The notes: generated by a model from the sequence alone, not told the origin. Counted from the stretch's first letter, positions 1 to 8,152 are shown. The stretch is 62,350 nt of DNA from an uncultured Clostridium sp. (GCA_948468275.1 CAOKHI010000003.1:1-62350); one strand, 5' to 3'. A program made the numbers and translations.

Positions 1-108
1 TTGCTTCTTCAAATTTCATAAATTTTTACCTCCTCTTATAAAATAGCACTAATAATTTGCAACTATAATCTCCCCTACAACTTACTAGTTATTGTTCTAG
101 TTAGTCTT

Positions 109-318
109 CTAATTCATTAAAAAGTCTAATATATTCATTCCTGCCTCAGTACCTGTTTTATACATTTCAGTATAGCCACATTTCGTACAACTTACTGTAA
201 TAAACTTTTTATTTTGAACATCAAACATCTTTGCAAAATTTCCTCCTGTTGCTTGGAATTGATCTTTTTCAAATTCTGTATTTCCACATTTTATACATTT
301 CCATTCTGACATAATCAA
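109..318 (-). CDS. small zinc-ribbon protein (two CxxC pairs, DUF2082-like)
   Basis: 69-aa ORF with CIKCG...CTKCG. The track start is TTG; an ATG at 312 preceded by aaggag is the likelier start. Confidence 0.6.
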   Translation of the reverse strand: MIMSEWKCIKCGNTEFEKDQFQATGGNFAKMFDVQNKKFITVSCTKCGYTEMYKTGTEAGMNILDFLMN

Positions 319-339
319 ATTTCTCCTTTAATTTTTTTC

Positions 340-831
340 TTATATTTCCTCATAAAATTCTTGTTTCAAGTTATTTAATGTGTTTTTTATATCTTCTTCA
401 AAAACTGTTCCAGCAGCTAAATCTATAAACCATTCTTCTGTTTCTTTAATATATCTTTCTTTGAATCTTTCTGAAGCTAAATGTGTTTCTGATAAATTGT
501 GTAATCTATCTGCTAATTTCACCATTCTTGCCATATCATTTTTCATGATTCTATCAATGTATTCTGACATTACATATCCATTTTCTTTTGTTACCAATTT
601 TACTACATCTGCAATTTCTTTATTTGAAATTGCAACTATTTCTTCATAAGTTGTATTAGTATCTTCTAATAAATCATGAAACAAACCTGCTATTTGATAT
701 TCTATTGAAAAACCTTTTTCATATAAAATATTACTTACTTCTAGTGGATGCATATAATATGGTGTTCCTTGTATTCTTGTTTGACCTTTATGTTTTTCTT
801 TTATAAATTCAATATAATTATCTAATTTCAT
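340..831 (-). CDS. HD-domain phosphohydrolase, RelA/SpoT-type (p)ppGpp-hydrolase-like (hydrolase only)
   Basis: 163-aa ORF. HPLEV...GLFHDLLED motifs are typical of SpoT/Mesh1-type HD domains. No synthetase domain. Confidence 0.7.
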   Translation of the reverse strand: MKLDNYIEFIKEKHKGQTRIQGTPYYMHPLEVSNILYEKGFSIEYQIAGLFHDLLEDTNTTYEEIVAISNKEIADVVKLVTKENGYVMSEYIDRIMKNDMARMVKLADRLHNLSETHLASERFKERYIKETEEWFIDLAAGTVFEEDIKNTLNNLKQEFYEEI

Positions 832-843
832 ACATTTTCCTTT

Positions 844-1080
844 TCATATTATTATAATTCTTTGTATTTTACTCTTTTCTTCTAGTGGTATTTCCCATAT
901 ACTACCTACAATGGATCTTTTTATTTTTAATTCTTTAGTTGGTTCTCCAATTAATTTATTAAGTTGTCTTTGCAGCGATACTTTATTAGTATAAACTACT
1001 AATTTATTTTCATGATATAGTACATTAATTGTTGTCTCGGTTTCTTCTTTTATCGGTTCTTTATATATTTTCTCCTTCAT
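844..1080 (-). CDS. hypothetical protein (phage-element cargo)
   Basis: 78-aa ORF, co-oriented and tightly packed with its neighbours. Confidence 0.4.
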   Translation of the reverse strand: MKEKIYKEPIKEETETTINVLYHENKLVVYTNKVSLQRQLNKLIGEPTKELKIKRSIVGSIWEIPLEEKSKIQRIIII

Positions 1081-1130
1081 AACATTCCTCTATTTCTGCC
1101 ACATTTAATTATTTTTATCTTCTGTAAATG

Positions 1131-1304
1131 TTATTTTTTGAATATACAATCTTTTACATCGTTATCTGTTATTTGCATAATTCCTTCTGTTTTTCCATCA
1201 TTATTTACTATTTCTGCTTTATAATGGCTTTTATTAACTTCTTCTAATATAGTTGCTTTATTTCCATTATTTAATAAAACTACATCAAAAATTTTGTATC
1301 GCAT
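1131..1304 (-). CDS. small protein, DUF4926-like (57 aa, not in supplied ORF track)
   Basis: My own translation gives MRYKIFDVVLLNNGNKATILEEVNKSHYKAEIVNNDGKTEGIMQITDNDVKDCIFKK. ATG at 1304 is preceded by aaggag. Stop TAA at 1133-1131. Confidence 0.45.
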   Translation of the reverse strand: MRYKIFDVVLLNNGNKATILEEVNKSHYKAEIVNNDGKTEGIMQITDNDVKDCIFKK

Positions 1305-1348
1305 TCATTTCTCCTTATTTTATATTATCATATATCTTATTTTCTATA

Positions 1349-1558
1349 CTAAGCTCCAAATTTTCTTAATATTTCACTAAATTCTTGTCTTGCTTTATCC
1401 ATATCCCCATTTTTATAGCTTTTACTCATAATATCTTCTGATATACTATGTACGAATTTATTGCATTCTTCCTTTGTATATTCTCTATTATCAATAGAAC
1501 CTACTACATTTTCAATTTTCTTGATTTCTTCTGTGTCAAATACTTCATATGGATTCAT
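1349..1558 (-). CDS. hypothetical protein
   Basis: 69-aa ORF with aaaggagag upstream. Confidence 0.45.
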   Translation of the reverse strand: MNPYEVFDTEEIKKIENVVGSIDNREYTKEECNKFVHSISEDIMSKSYKNGDMDKARQEFSEILRKFGA

Positions 1559-1585
1559 CTTTTTCTCTCCTTTTAATTTTTGTTA

Positions 1586-1849
1586 TTATTCTTTTATTGC
1601 TATCATATATTGATTGTCTTCTACTATTCTATTTACATTTTGGTAAACAAACCTCGTACCTGTAAAATAGACTTTGTACCCCATATTTTGTAATTTATTT
1701 CTTCCCCATTCCAAAAACTGGTCTACATCTTCTTCAGATAAATTGTATTTTACTCTAAGTTCATAAAAAGTACAAACGATATATTCTTCATTTTCTTTTA
1801 ATTTATTATCTAAATAGTCTTCTACAAACTTTACTGTCATTTCTATCAC
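1586..1849 (-). CDS. hypothetical protein
   Basis: 87-aa ORF with aaggtgatag upstream. First gene of a minus-strand operon after the 1850-2100 gap. Confidence 0.5.
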   Translation of the reverse strand: MIEMTVKFVEDYLDNKLKENEEYIVCTFYELRVKYNLSEEDVDQFLEWGRNKLQNMGYKVYFTGTRFVYQNVNRIVEDNQYMIAIKE

Positions 1850-2024
1850 CTTACACTTTGTAAATCTTTAATTTCAATGCAATCATACCACATTTTTTCT
1901 AAAAATAAAAGTTATTAAAAGTTTTTTTGTATTTTTAAGGGTATTTTTGTTAGAAATCAATGTGGAATTGGAATAAATTTATGCCGAGAAAAACATTGAT
2001 TTGTCTTTTCTTTTTATAATAAAC

Positions 2025-2060
2025 AAAGGCAACTAGCACATTTATCGGTTAGTTGCCTTT
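2025..2060 (-). terminator. intrinsic terminator downstream of the PBECR4-like gene
   Basis: 10-bp stem aaaggcaact/agttgccttt. On the minus strand it is followed by GUUUAUUAU. Confidence 0.55.
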
Positions 2061-2101
2061 ATTGACAAAAAATATAACAAAATTTTAATTTAATCAAATA
2101 T

Positions 2102-2821
2102 TCATTCACTATCATCTTTTTTTGTTTTATAAATAAAATCATATATTTTTTTATCTGTATTTCTATCTGCTGAATATATGTTTTTTGTGTCTATAGTCTT
2201 ACTTATTTCTTTGTTTTTCAATATATCAGTAATTTGATAACTTTGTTTTAAATATGTAATGTTTTTATACAATTTTTCAGTAATGTCTTTTTTGAAAATT
2301 GCTACAATCTTATTTCTATTATTTGTTATATTTCTAATATCTTTTTTTAAAGATGTATTAGGAATATATGTATTTGATTCATTATCTTTTATAAATCCCA
2401 TACAAGCATTTATATTTCCTGCAATTTTCTCTGTCTGTAAAAAAATATTAAAGTTAGAAAACTCTCCAAACATATTGGCCATCCTATCTATTCTCATAAG
2501 TTGAGGTAATACTTGGAGCTTCAAGTCTGTAGTTGAATCTTTTTCTTTTATTATATATTCTTTTAAATTTAATCTTTCATCCTTCAAAATATCATAAAAT
2601 TCATAAGCATTTAAACTTTTTCCAGTTGATTTTTCTATTATTGATACACCAGTTAAATGTTTATAACTTGATCTAGGAAAATAAACTTCTTCTTTTGAAA
2701 GTGTTCTATCTTTATTTTCTATAACAAACATTACTTTTGTATTTTTTAAATTCTTATCATATTCTTTTAAGCATTTAGAAACTGTATTAAATATATCTAT
2801 AGGTCTTGATATTCCTTTCAT
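2102..2821 (-). CDS. PBECR4-like (Barnase/EndoU/ColicinE5-D/RelE-fold) putative RNase; candidate toxin
   Basis: 239-aa ORF with RBS aaggagg. The YFPRSSYKHLTGV...IPNTSLKKDIRNIT...IVAIFKK pattern matches my recollection of PBECR4 domain proteins of Firmicutes mobile elements. The family call was not verified by search. Confidence 0.55.
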   Translation of the reverse strand: MKGISRPIDIFNTVSKCLKEYDKNLKNTKVMFVIENKDRTLSKEEVYFPRSSYKHLTGVSIIEKSTGKSLNAYEFYDILKDERLNLKEYIIKEKDSTTDLKLQVLPQLMRIDRMANMFGEFSNFNIFLQTEKIAGNINACMGFIKDNESNTYIPNTSLKKDIRNITNNRNKIVAIFKKDITEKLYKNITYLKQSYQITDILKNKEISKTIDTKNIYSADRNTDKKIYDFIYKTKKDDSE

Positions 2822-2843
2822 TATTTTCCTCCTTAAAACTTAT

Positions 2844-2888
2844 AAAGAGGAGTATTTTCGTACCGCAGTACCATAATCCCTCCTCTTT
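2844..2888 (-). terminator. hairpin / leaky-terminator candidate between repeat RNA and nuclease gene
   Basis: On the minus strand: aaagaggag-(27 nt containing inner gtac/gtac stem)-ctcctcttt, followed by AUAAGUUUU and then the RBS. Confidence 0.45.
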
Positions 2889-2897
2889 AATGTGCGA

Positions 2898-3003
2898 TTT
2901 TTCCGTTGCCTAACCAACCCCAAGAGCTATACTCTTGCCTGAATTTTAGGTTTTTCCGTTGCCTAACCAACCTAAAAGGCTATACCTTTTCTTGAATTTT
3001 AGG
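2898..3003 (-). ncRNA. two tandem 53-nt structured repeats (candidate type III antitoxin-like RNA)
   Basis: Units 2898-2950 and 2951-3003 have an identical 22-nt block and an identical 13-nt tail. The internal hairpin shows compensatory changes (caagag/ctcttg vs aaaagg/cctttt) with the same ctata loop. An outer CCUAA/UUAGG pairing is also conserved. Confidence 0.6.
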
Positions 3004-3061
3004 TTATTGTGGCAGTCGCACCTGCTATGCAAGATAAATTGCAACTATCATTATTATATTC

Positions 3062-3090
3062 ATTTTACAATAAAATATTTACAAAGTCAA
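3062..3090 (-). promoter_or_regulatory. sigma-A-type promoter driving the repeat RNA and PBECR4-like gene
   Basis: The minus strand reads TTGACT-17 nt-TAAAAT, about 50 nt upstream of the first repeat. Confidence 0.6.
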
Positions 3091-3141
3091 GTATTTGCAA
3101 ACATTTTTTCACAGTAATAATAAGAGTTTTATGGATTTTTC

Positions 3142-3717
3142 TTATTTATTAAGTCTTAATCGCCCACCACATTTGCTACAACAGTATTTTCTTATTAAGT
3201 CCTTCTTCATCCTTTGTCTATAAAATACTTGTCCACATTTTTGACATATAATTTTATACTTATAAATTGCTGTATTCCTATTATATTCTACATTGCTCTT
3301 TATATAATCCGCTTCTTTGTTCCCTACTCTTGATATATCATATCCTAGCTTTTTATTTATATAATTTGCATAACTTTTAAATGTTGCTCCATGATTATTA
3401 CATCCTGGAAAGCAATGTATAATTTCATGTATGATTGTATTTTTTATAATTTCATCATTTAGACTCATTACCCACTTGCTAATCTCAATATGGTGTTTTT
3501 TAAATCTTTCGTATCTGATAGATATATTTTTTCCTTTTCGCACAATATGATAGCAATTTTTATCTGGTTCTTCTTGTTTACAACACCCATATCTTTTTGG
3601 ATTTCCTTTTGAAAATTTTATATCAATATCTCCAACTAATGGATTTGTAATATCTATTTTTATACTTTTAAGTTCTTCAATACAATCATTATATAATCTT
3701 TTTAATTTATCTTGCAT
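3142..3717 (-). CDS. SprT-like zinc metalloprotease domain protein with C-terminal zinc ribbon
   Basis: 191-aa ORF with HEIIHC (HExxH) and CQKCG...CSKCGG. Confidence 0.65.
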   Translation of the reverse strand: MQDKLKRLYNDCIEELKSIKIDITNPLVGDIDIKFSKGNPKRYGCCKQEEPDKNCYHIVRKGKNISIRYERFKKHHIEISKWVMSLNDEIIKNTIIHEIIHCFPGCNNHGATFKSYANYINKKLGYDISRVGNKEADYIKSNVEYNRNTAIYKYKIICQKCGQVFYRQRMKKDLIRKYCCSKCGGRLRLNK

Positions 3718-3739
3718 CTTAACCTCTTTTTATTAGTTT

Positions 3740-4357
3740 TTACATCTCTTCTTCCTCATCTTCTGTTTCTTCTACTTTATTATACTCTATTTTATTTGTT
3801 TTTTCTTCTTTTTGCTCTATTTTTTCTTGCATAAATTTTTCTTCTAGTTTTTCTAAGTATTCTTCTGTGTTGCTTAATATATTTGGATTATCTTTTAGTA
3901 TATATGTCATGTATTTTTTCAATTCTCTAGGAATTACTTCTCTGTATAACTTTTTCTTATACTCTACATATTCTTTGTTAGAATAGTCAAGTTTATATTT
4001 ACAAAACTCATAGCAACTAATATATTCTGCACCAACAATTTTTCCAAAATGATATTTTTCTCTCCATCTAGCTGATTCATATCCGTTTATAAACTCAAAA
4101 GTTCCTCGTGCATCTTCCTCTGGAAATAAATCCCACAATTCTTCATCTCCAAGAATTTCCTCTGAAACTTTATCTATAAGTTCTCCTTTTGAAAGATATA
4201 TTTCTTCACAGTCTTGGCTTTTTGAATAATATATTTCCTTTAGTTGCACATCTTCATAATTTAATTCTTTATACAAAAATTCTAATTTACCTAAAGTCAT
4301 TTCTTTCAATTTTGGCTCTAATGTTTGTAAGATTTTATTTGCTATATTAGTTTTCAA
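3740..4357 (-). CDS. hypothetical protein with acidic tail
   Basis: 205-aa ORF with C-terminal EETEDEEEEM. Confidence 0.5.
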   Translation of the reverse strand: MKTNIANKILQTLEPKLKEMTLGKLEFLYKELNYEDVQLKEIYYSKSQDCEEIYLSKGELIDKVSEEILGDEELWDLFPEEDARGTFEFINGYESARWREKYHFGKIVGAEYISCYEFCKYKLDYSNKEYVEYKKKLYREVIPRELKKYMTYILKDNPNILSNTEEYLEKLEEKFMQEKIEQKEEKTNKIEYNKVEETEDEEEEM

Positions 4358-4361
4358 TCCT

Positions 4362-4580
4362 TCATTTGTTTCTTCTAATTTTTTTTATAGTTTGCGTTTT
4401 TTCATCACTAGAGTATAAAGCATATTCATAATTGTCTTCTAATTTATAATGATTTTCTCCTAATTTTGAATATTCTTGTTCTAATATTTGATGTTTGTTT
4501 TGTAATTGTTCATAATCTTCAGCTAAATTTGGATCTAAAATATTTATTATTTTAATCTTTATTCTATCTAATAATTTCAT
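4362..4580 (-). CDS. hypothetical coiled-coil protein
   Basis: 72-aa ORF. Its start overlaps the topoisomerase stop by 4 nt (translational coupling). Confidence 0.45.
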   Translation of the reverse strand: MKLLDRIKIKIINILDPNLAEDYEQLQNKHQILEQEYSKLGENHYKLEDNYEYALYSSDEKTQTIKKIRRNK

Positions 4581-6049
4581 CTTTTAGCCCCTTTACTATT
4601 TCCATAATTTAGTTTTACTTTATTTTCTTCAATTACTAAACTAGCTGAAAATGTCTTACCTTGTTTAGATTTAAAACCTTTTATTTCTTTTGTTTTTCCT
4701 TTTTCTAACAATTCTCTAATTATTGTATCGTTTATTTTTTTACCACAAATCTGTTTCCATATACTAAAACCACAATTTTGCCAATCCTCACAATAATAGC
4801 TTTTGTTATTTTCTATAATGTCTTTGCCACATATAGGACATTTCCCTATTGCTGCTTTTTTAAATTGTGTTATTTCTGCTTTTTTGTTTATCCCTTGTTT
4901 AACCTCTTCTTTTACTTTTTCTAATACCTTATCTACACTACTTTTGTTGTTATAAATTGCTTTCAAATCTTTACTTATTTCTACTGTTTTTTCTTTGTAT
5001 AGATTTATTCCTAATTCTTCTAATATTTCAATTAGTTTAATTCCCTTGTCTGTAATCGCTAAGTTATTTTTGTTTTCTACAATATATCCATCTTGTTTTA
5101 CTTTTTCAATTATTCCAGCACGAGTTGCAGCAGTTCCTATTTCGCATCCTTCCATAATTGCTATGTAATCTTCATCTGTAGTTTCATCTTCATTTTCTTT
5201 CTTTTCCTTTTTAAATGGATTTTCATAGAAGTTATTAAGTTCCGCTTCTGTAACTCTGTTTGGAGGATTTGTTGTTTTTTCTACAACTTTAAGTTTAATA
5301 TCAACTTCTTCTCCTTTTTCTAATTTTACTTTATCCCCAAGTTCTATTTTTATTTCTTTATTATCTTTAGTTATTATGCCTTCAAGTTGTATATATTTTT
5401 CTTCTTTAAAGTTAGTTATCTCTTGCTCTCTATCATATATAAACTTAACTGTTGGAACAATAACTCTTCCTACAGGAAATTTATCTTTAGCTTTTATACT
5501 AACAAACCTTGAAAAGTTAATTCCATAAATCCAATCTATATAAGTTCTCGCTAATCCTTCTTTGTACCAGTTTTCTGTATCTTTTATATTTCTTAAATTA
5601 TTAAGTTCTGTTCTTACTGTGCTTTCTGCTAAATCTGGTAATAGAATTCTTTTTACTGTTTTCTGAATTTTATTTTTTCTAAAAATATCATAGATCAAGT
5701 TATTTACTAAAACTTCTCCTTCTCTATCATTGTCGCCACAATTAATAATTATATCAACCTCTTTTTTGAGTATTAGCTTTTCTATTAATTTATATCTTTC
5801 TTTGATGCCCTTTTGTTTTTTTATTTTCCATCTAAATCCATTTGGGAAATATGGTAAATCTTCAATATTCCAAATTTTCAATTCTTTATTATAATCTTCC
5901 ATTTGATATAATTCTAATAGATGACCATATAATGATGTTATAATATATTCTTCATTTTCATAGTATTCTTTAGTCTTCGTACATCCTTTTAAGGTTTTGG
6001 ATAATTCTTTCGCTACACTCGGTTTCTCTGCTATTATTAATTTTTTCAT
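4577..6049 (-). CDS. type IA topoisomerase (Topo III)-like protein lacking the catalytic-tyrosine domain
   Basis: Toprim AEKPS and DNDREGE motifs. GRVIVPT (=GRVQTPT). TTNPPNRVTEAEL joined directly to IGTAATRAGIIEK. C-terminal CPICG zinc finger plus topoisomerase C-terminal repeat (GFKSKQGKTFSASLV). No xYPRTDS segment anywhere. Confidence 0.8.
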   Translation of the reverse strand: MKKLIIAEKPSVAKELSKTLKGCTKTKEYYENEEYIITSLYGHLLELYQMEDYNKELKIWNIEDLPYFPNGFRWKIKKQKGIKERYKLIEKLILKKEVDIIINCGDNDREGEVLVNNLIYDIFRKNKIQKTVKRILLPDLAESTVRTELNNLRNIKDTENWYKEGLARTYIDWIYGINFSRFVSIKAKDKFPVGRVIVPTVKFIYDREQEITNFKEEKYIQLEGIITKDNKEIKIELGDKVKLEKGEEVDIKLKVVEKTTNPPNRVTEAELNNFYENPFKKEKKENEDETTDEDYIAIMEGCEIGTAATRAGIIEKVKQDGYIVENKNNLAITDKGIKLIEILEELGINLYKEKTVEISKDLKAIYNNKSSVDKVLEKVKEEVKQGINKKAEITQFKKAAIGKCPICGKDIIENNKSYYCEDWQNCGFSIWKQICGKKINDTIIRELLEKGKTKEIKGFKSKQGKTFSASLVIEENKVKLNYGNSKGAKR

Positions 6050-6206
6050 ATTTCTCTTTCTCCTTTAAACTTTTCAAAAATAATAATTGCTGCATATCCT
6101 CTTCTACTCTTTCTTCATCCGTCTTGCTTAAACTAGCTCCTCTGATTAATAAGTAAAATAACACAGATATTATTACTGATATTATGATTAGTATTCTTAA
6201 AATCAT
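5970..6206 (-). CDS. possible small membrane protein
   Basis: 78-aa ORF with an N-terminal hydrophobic helix. Its 3' end overlaps the topoisomerase start by 80 nt. Confidence 0.3.
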   Translation of the reverse strand: MILRILIIISVIISVLFYLLIRGASLSKTDEERVEEDMQQLLFLKSLKEKEKYEKINNSRETECSERIIQNLKRMYED

Positions 6207-6225
6207 TTTTATCTCCTTTATAATG

Positions 6226-6423
6226 TTATTGATTATGTTTTAAAGCATAGTTTTTTATATCTACTTTTACGTTCTGAATATACTTCTGATAATTTTCAGG
6301 GGTATCCTTAACATAGAATTTGCAATTTTTGCACTCTTTTGTTTTTAATATTGAGCAATTTGATTTTTTTATAAACAAACAATCTCTTTCTTCTGTTTTC
6401 TTTACATTTAAAAATTTTTTCAT
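6226..6423 (-). CDS. small Cys-rich protein
   Basis: 65-aa ORF with CxxxxxxxC...CxxC. Confidence 0.45.
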   Translation of the reverse strand: MKKFLNVKKTEERDCLFIKKSNCSILKTKECKNCKFYVKDTPENYQKYIQNVKVDIKNYALKHNQ

Positions 6424-6439
6424 TATTTAATCCTTCCAA

Positions 6440-6775
6440 GTTCATTAAGTGTATTGTTGAACTTCTTTGTATCTCTCTATTCACTTAATGAACTTAAATT
6501 ATATTTTCCAGTTCATTTAGTGAATCTTTTGCAGTTTTATCGTTCACCTGGTGTACTTTCGCACTCTCAAAGGCATTTTTTCTCCATTCATTTAGTGAAT
6601 TTTTACATCATATTTGCTTAAAATTTTTGTTCTTTTATTAAATCTTGAAGGCTTGTCCTTCAATGTGTGTAGGCGATATGTTAATACTCGCTTTCCTGCC
6701 CTCATTTTAATGAGGGATTTTTTATAAGCTATGGTTTCATAGCTCTTTTATTCCCAGTTCACAGCAGTTCACTTA
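6440..6775. repeat. cluster of GTTCAYTTARTGAA-type iterated/inverted sites (iteron or operator array)
   Basis: gttcattaagtg 6440-6451 and its exact inverse cacttaatgaac 6482-6493. gttcatttagtgaa at 6511-6524. ttcatttagtgaa at 6587-6599. Half sites gttcac at 6542, 6757 and 6767. Confidence 0.6.
6699..6750 (+). terminator. two consecutive plus-strand intrinsic-terminator-like hairpins in an all-minus gene region
   Basis: ccctcat-ttta-atgaggg followed by attttttat (6699-6723). agctatg-gttt-catagct followed by cttttatt (6727-6750). There is no U-tract on the minus strand. Confidence 0.45.
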
Positions 6776-6783
6776 GTTAGCCT

Positions 6784-7335
6784 TTAGTCGAATTTAATCC
6801 CATACATTCCTAGTAATCTTGGTGCAAGTTCTTCAAAAAGCTCATCTCGATCTTTATAAAAGGTTTTTGGACTAGAGTAACCAACTTTTACTTCTGAAGG
6901 TTTTACTCCCTCCATGTACATTTCTTTAAGTAATTGTGCTTTTCTTATGTCTGCAATTACCCTTGAATCTGTTTTTTCATCTATGTAATCATTAAAAATA
7001 TCTGTTAAAAATCCAACTAATATTTCTGTATTTACTTTACTTTTATATACTCTTTCAAGGAAAGTTTCATTTTCTGTAAAATTGTTTTTCATTATGTCTT
7101 TAATTTGTTGTCTTTCCATCGTTTTAAATTCTTTGTTAGTAAAGTTTATTGTTTTTATAAAGTCATTTAAACTTTTATAACTATTTAAAATAGCCTCTGT
7201 CTTTTGTAACCTTTCTTCATTCCATTTATTTTTAATTTCTTCTAGTGTTTTCTTTGATATTAAAGTTTGTTTTCTTTCTAGTGTTTCTTCTACTATTTTC
7301 TTAATTTCTTGAATAAATTCTTTATCAAGCTCCAT
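6784..7335 (-). CDS. hypothetical protein; possible sigma-70 region-4/ArpU-like regulator
   Basis: 183-aa ORF. The C-terminal LLKEMYMEGVKPSEVKVGYSSPKTFYKDRDELF resembles an r4-type HTH. Weak call. Confidence 0.35.
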   Translation of the reverse strand: MELDKEFIQEIKKIVEETLERKQTLISKKTLEEIKNKWNEERLQKTEAILNSYKSLNDFIKTINFTNKEFKTMERQQIKDIMKNNFTENETFLERVYKSKVNTEILVGFLTDIFNDYIDEKTDSRVIADIRKAQLLKEMYMEGVKPSEVKVGYSSPKTFYKDRDELFEELAPRLLGMYGIKFD

Positions 7336-7357
7336 ATTAAAGCCTCCTTAAATGAAT

Positions 7358-7696
7358 TTATCCCAATATTATTTTTAGTAGTCTTCTACTGTATTCTCTC
7401 CTTGCTTCTTGTCTTATTAATTCAAAATAACTATCTAATGTTTGAAAAGCAAATTTGTCTATCGTTTTTGAATTATATTTTTTCTCCATTTCTTCAAGCA
7501 TTTTGTTATTTAATTCTTCAAATTTATGTCTTTTAGTTAAGTACATATCTTCTATCATTTTTTGGTCCATAATTATTGTTTTACATATTTCCATACTCTT
7601 TGTTTTAAAGTCATGTTCTGACATATTATCAAGTTTATTCAAATTACTATTAACATTATAGGTATTAATTTCTTGCATTTTTCTTCTCCTTTTCAT
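7358..7696 (-). CDS. hypothetical protein
   Basis: 112-aa ORF in the operon. Confidence 0.45.
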   Translation of the reverse strand: MKRRRKMQEINTYNVNSNLNKLDNMSEHDFKTKSMEICKTIIMDQKMIEDMYLTKRHKFEELNNKMLEEMEKKYNSKTIDKFAFQTLDSYFELIRQEARREYSRRLLKIILG

Positions 7697-7704
7697 CTAT
7701 TTTA

Positions 7705-8148
7705 TTAATTTTCCAATTCATTCTCCTCTGTTTCTTCAGTTTGATTATTCTGTTCTATCATATCTTTTAAATTTTGTTTTATTTCATTATATCTTTGTTT
7801 TGATATAAGATTCTCTGTAAAATATGGAACTAACTCTTTAAAACTTTTCTTTTTATCCATTTCTAAAAATAGCCTTGTATCAAAACTAAATATTGTTTCA
7901 AAAGAACTAATATTAGATGTTAATTCAATTTTTTTTAATTCATCAGTACATAATGAATTAAAGTATTTTTTTACATCTTCTAAATAATCATCTTTTCTTA
8001 ACTGTTTTTCATATTCATTTTCTGTTAGTATTCCTACTTCTCTTTTTGCTCCTAAATCAAATATTCTAAATTTATAGTATGTTTTTACACTATTGATTAC
8101 ATAATATAATTTTCTACATATAAATTCATCAATCTCATCATATTCCAT
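7705..8148 (-). CDS. hypothetical protein
   Basis: 147-aa ORF in the operon. Confidence 0.5.
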   Translation of the reverse strand: MEYDEIDEFICRKLYYVINSVKTYYKFRIFDLGAKREVGILTENEYEKQLRKDDYLEDVKKYFNSLCTDELKKIELTSNISSFETIFSFDTRLFLEMDKKKSFKELVPYFTENLISKQRYNEIKQNLKDMIEQNNQTEETEENELEN

Positions 8149-8152
8149 AAAA

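Noticed and set aside
2898-3003. Tandem repeats as a mini CRISPR array
   Set aside because: There are only two directly abutting 53-nt units with no spacers and no cas genes. The covarying internal hairpin and the promoter/terminator context fit a structured RNA instead.
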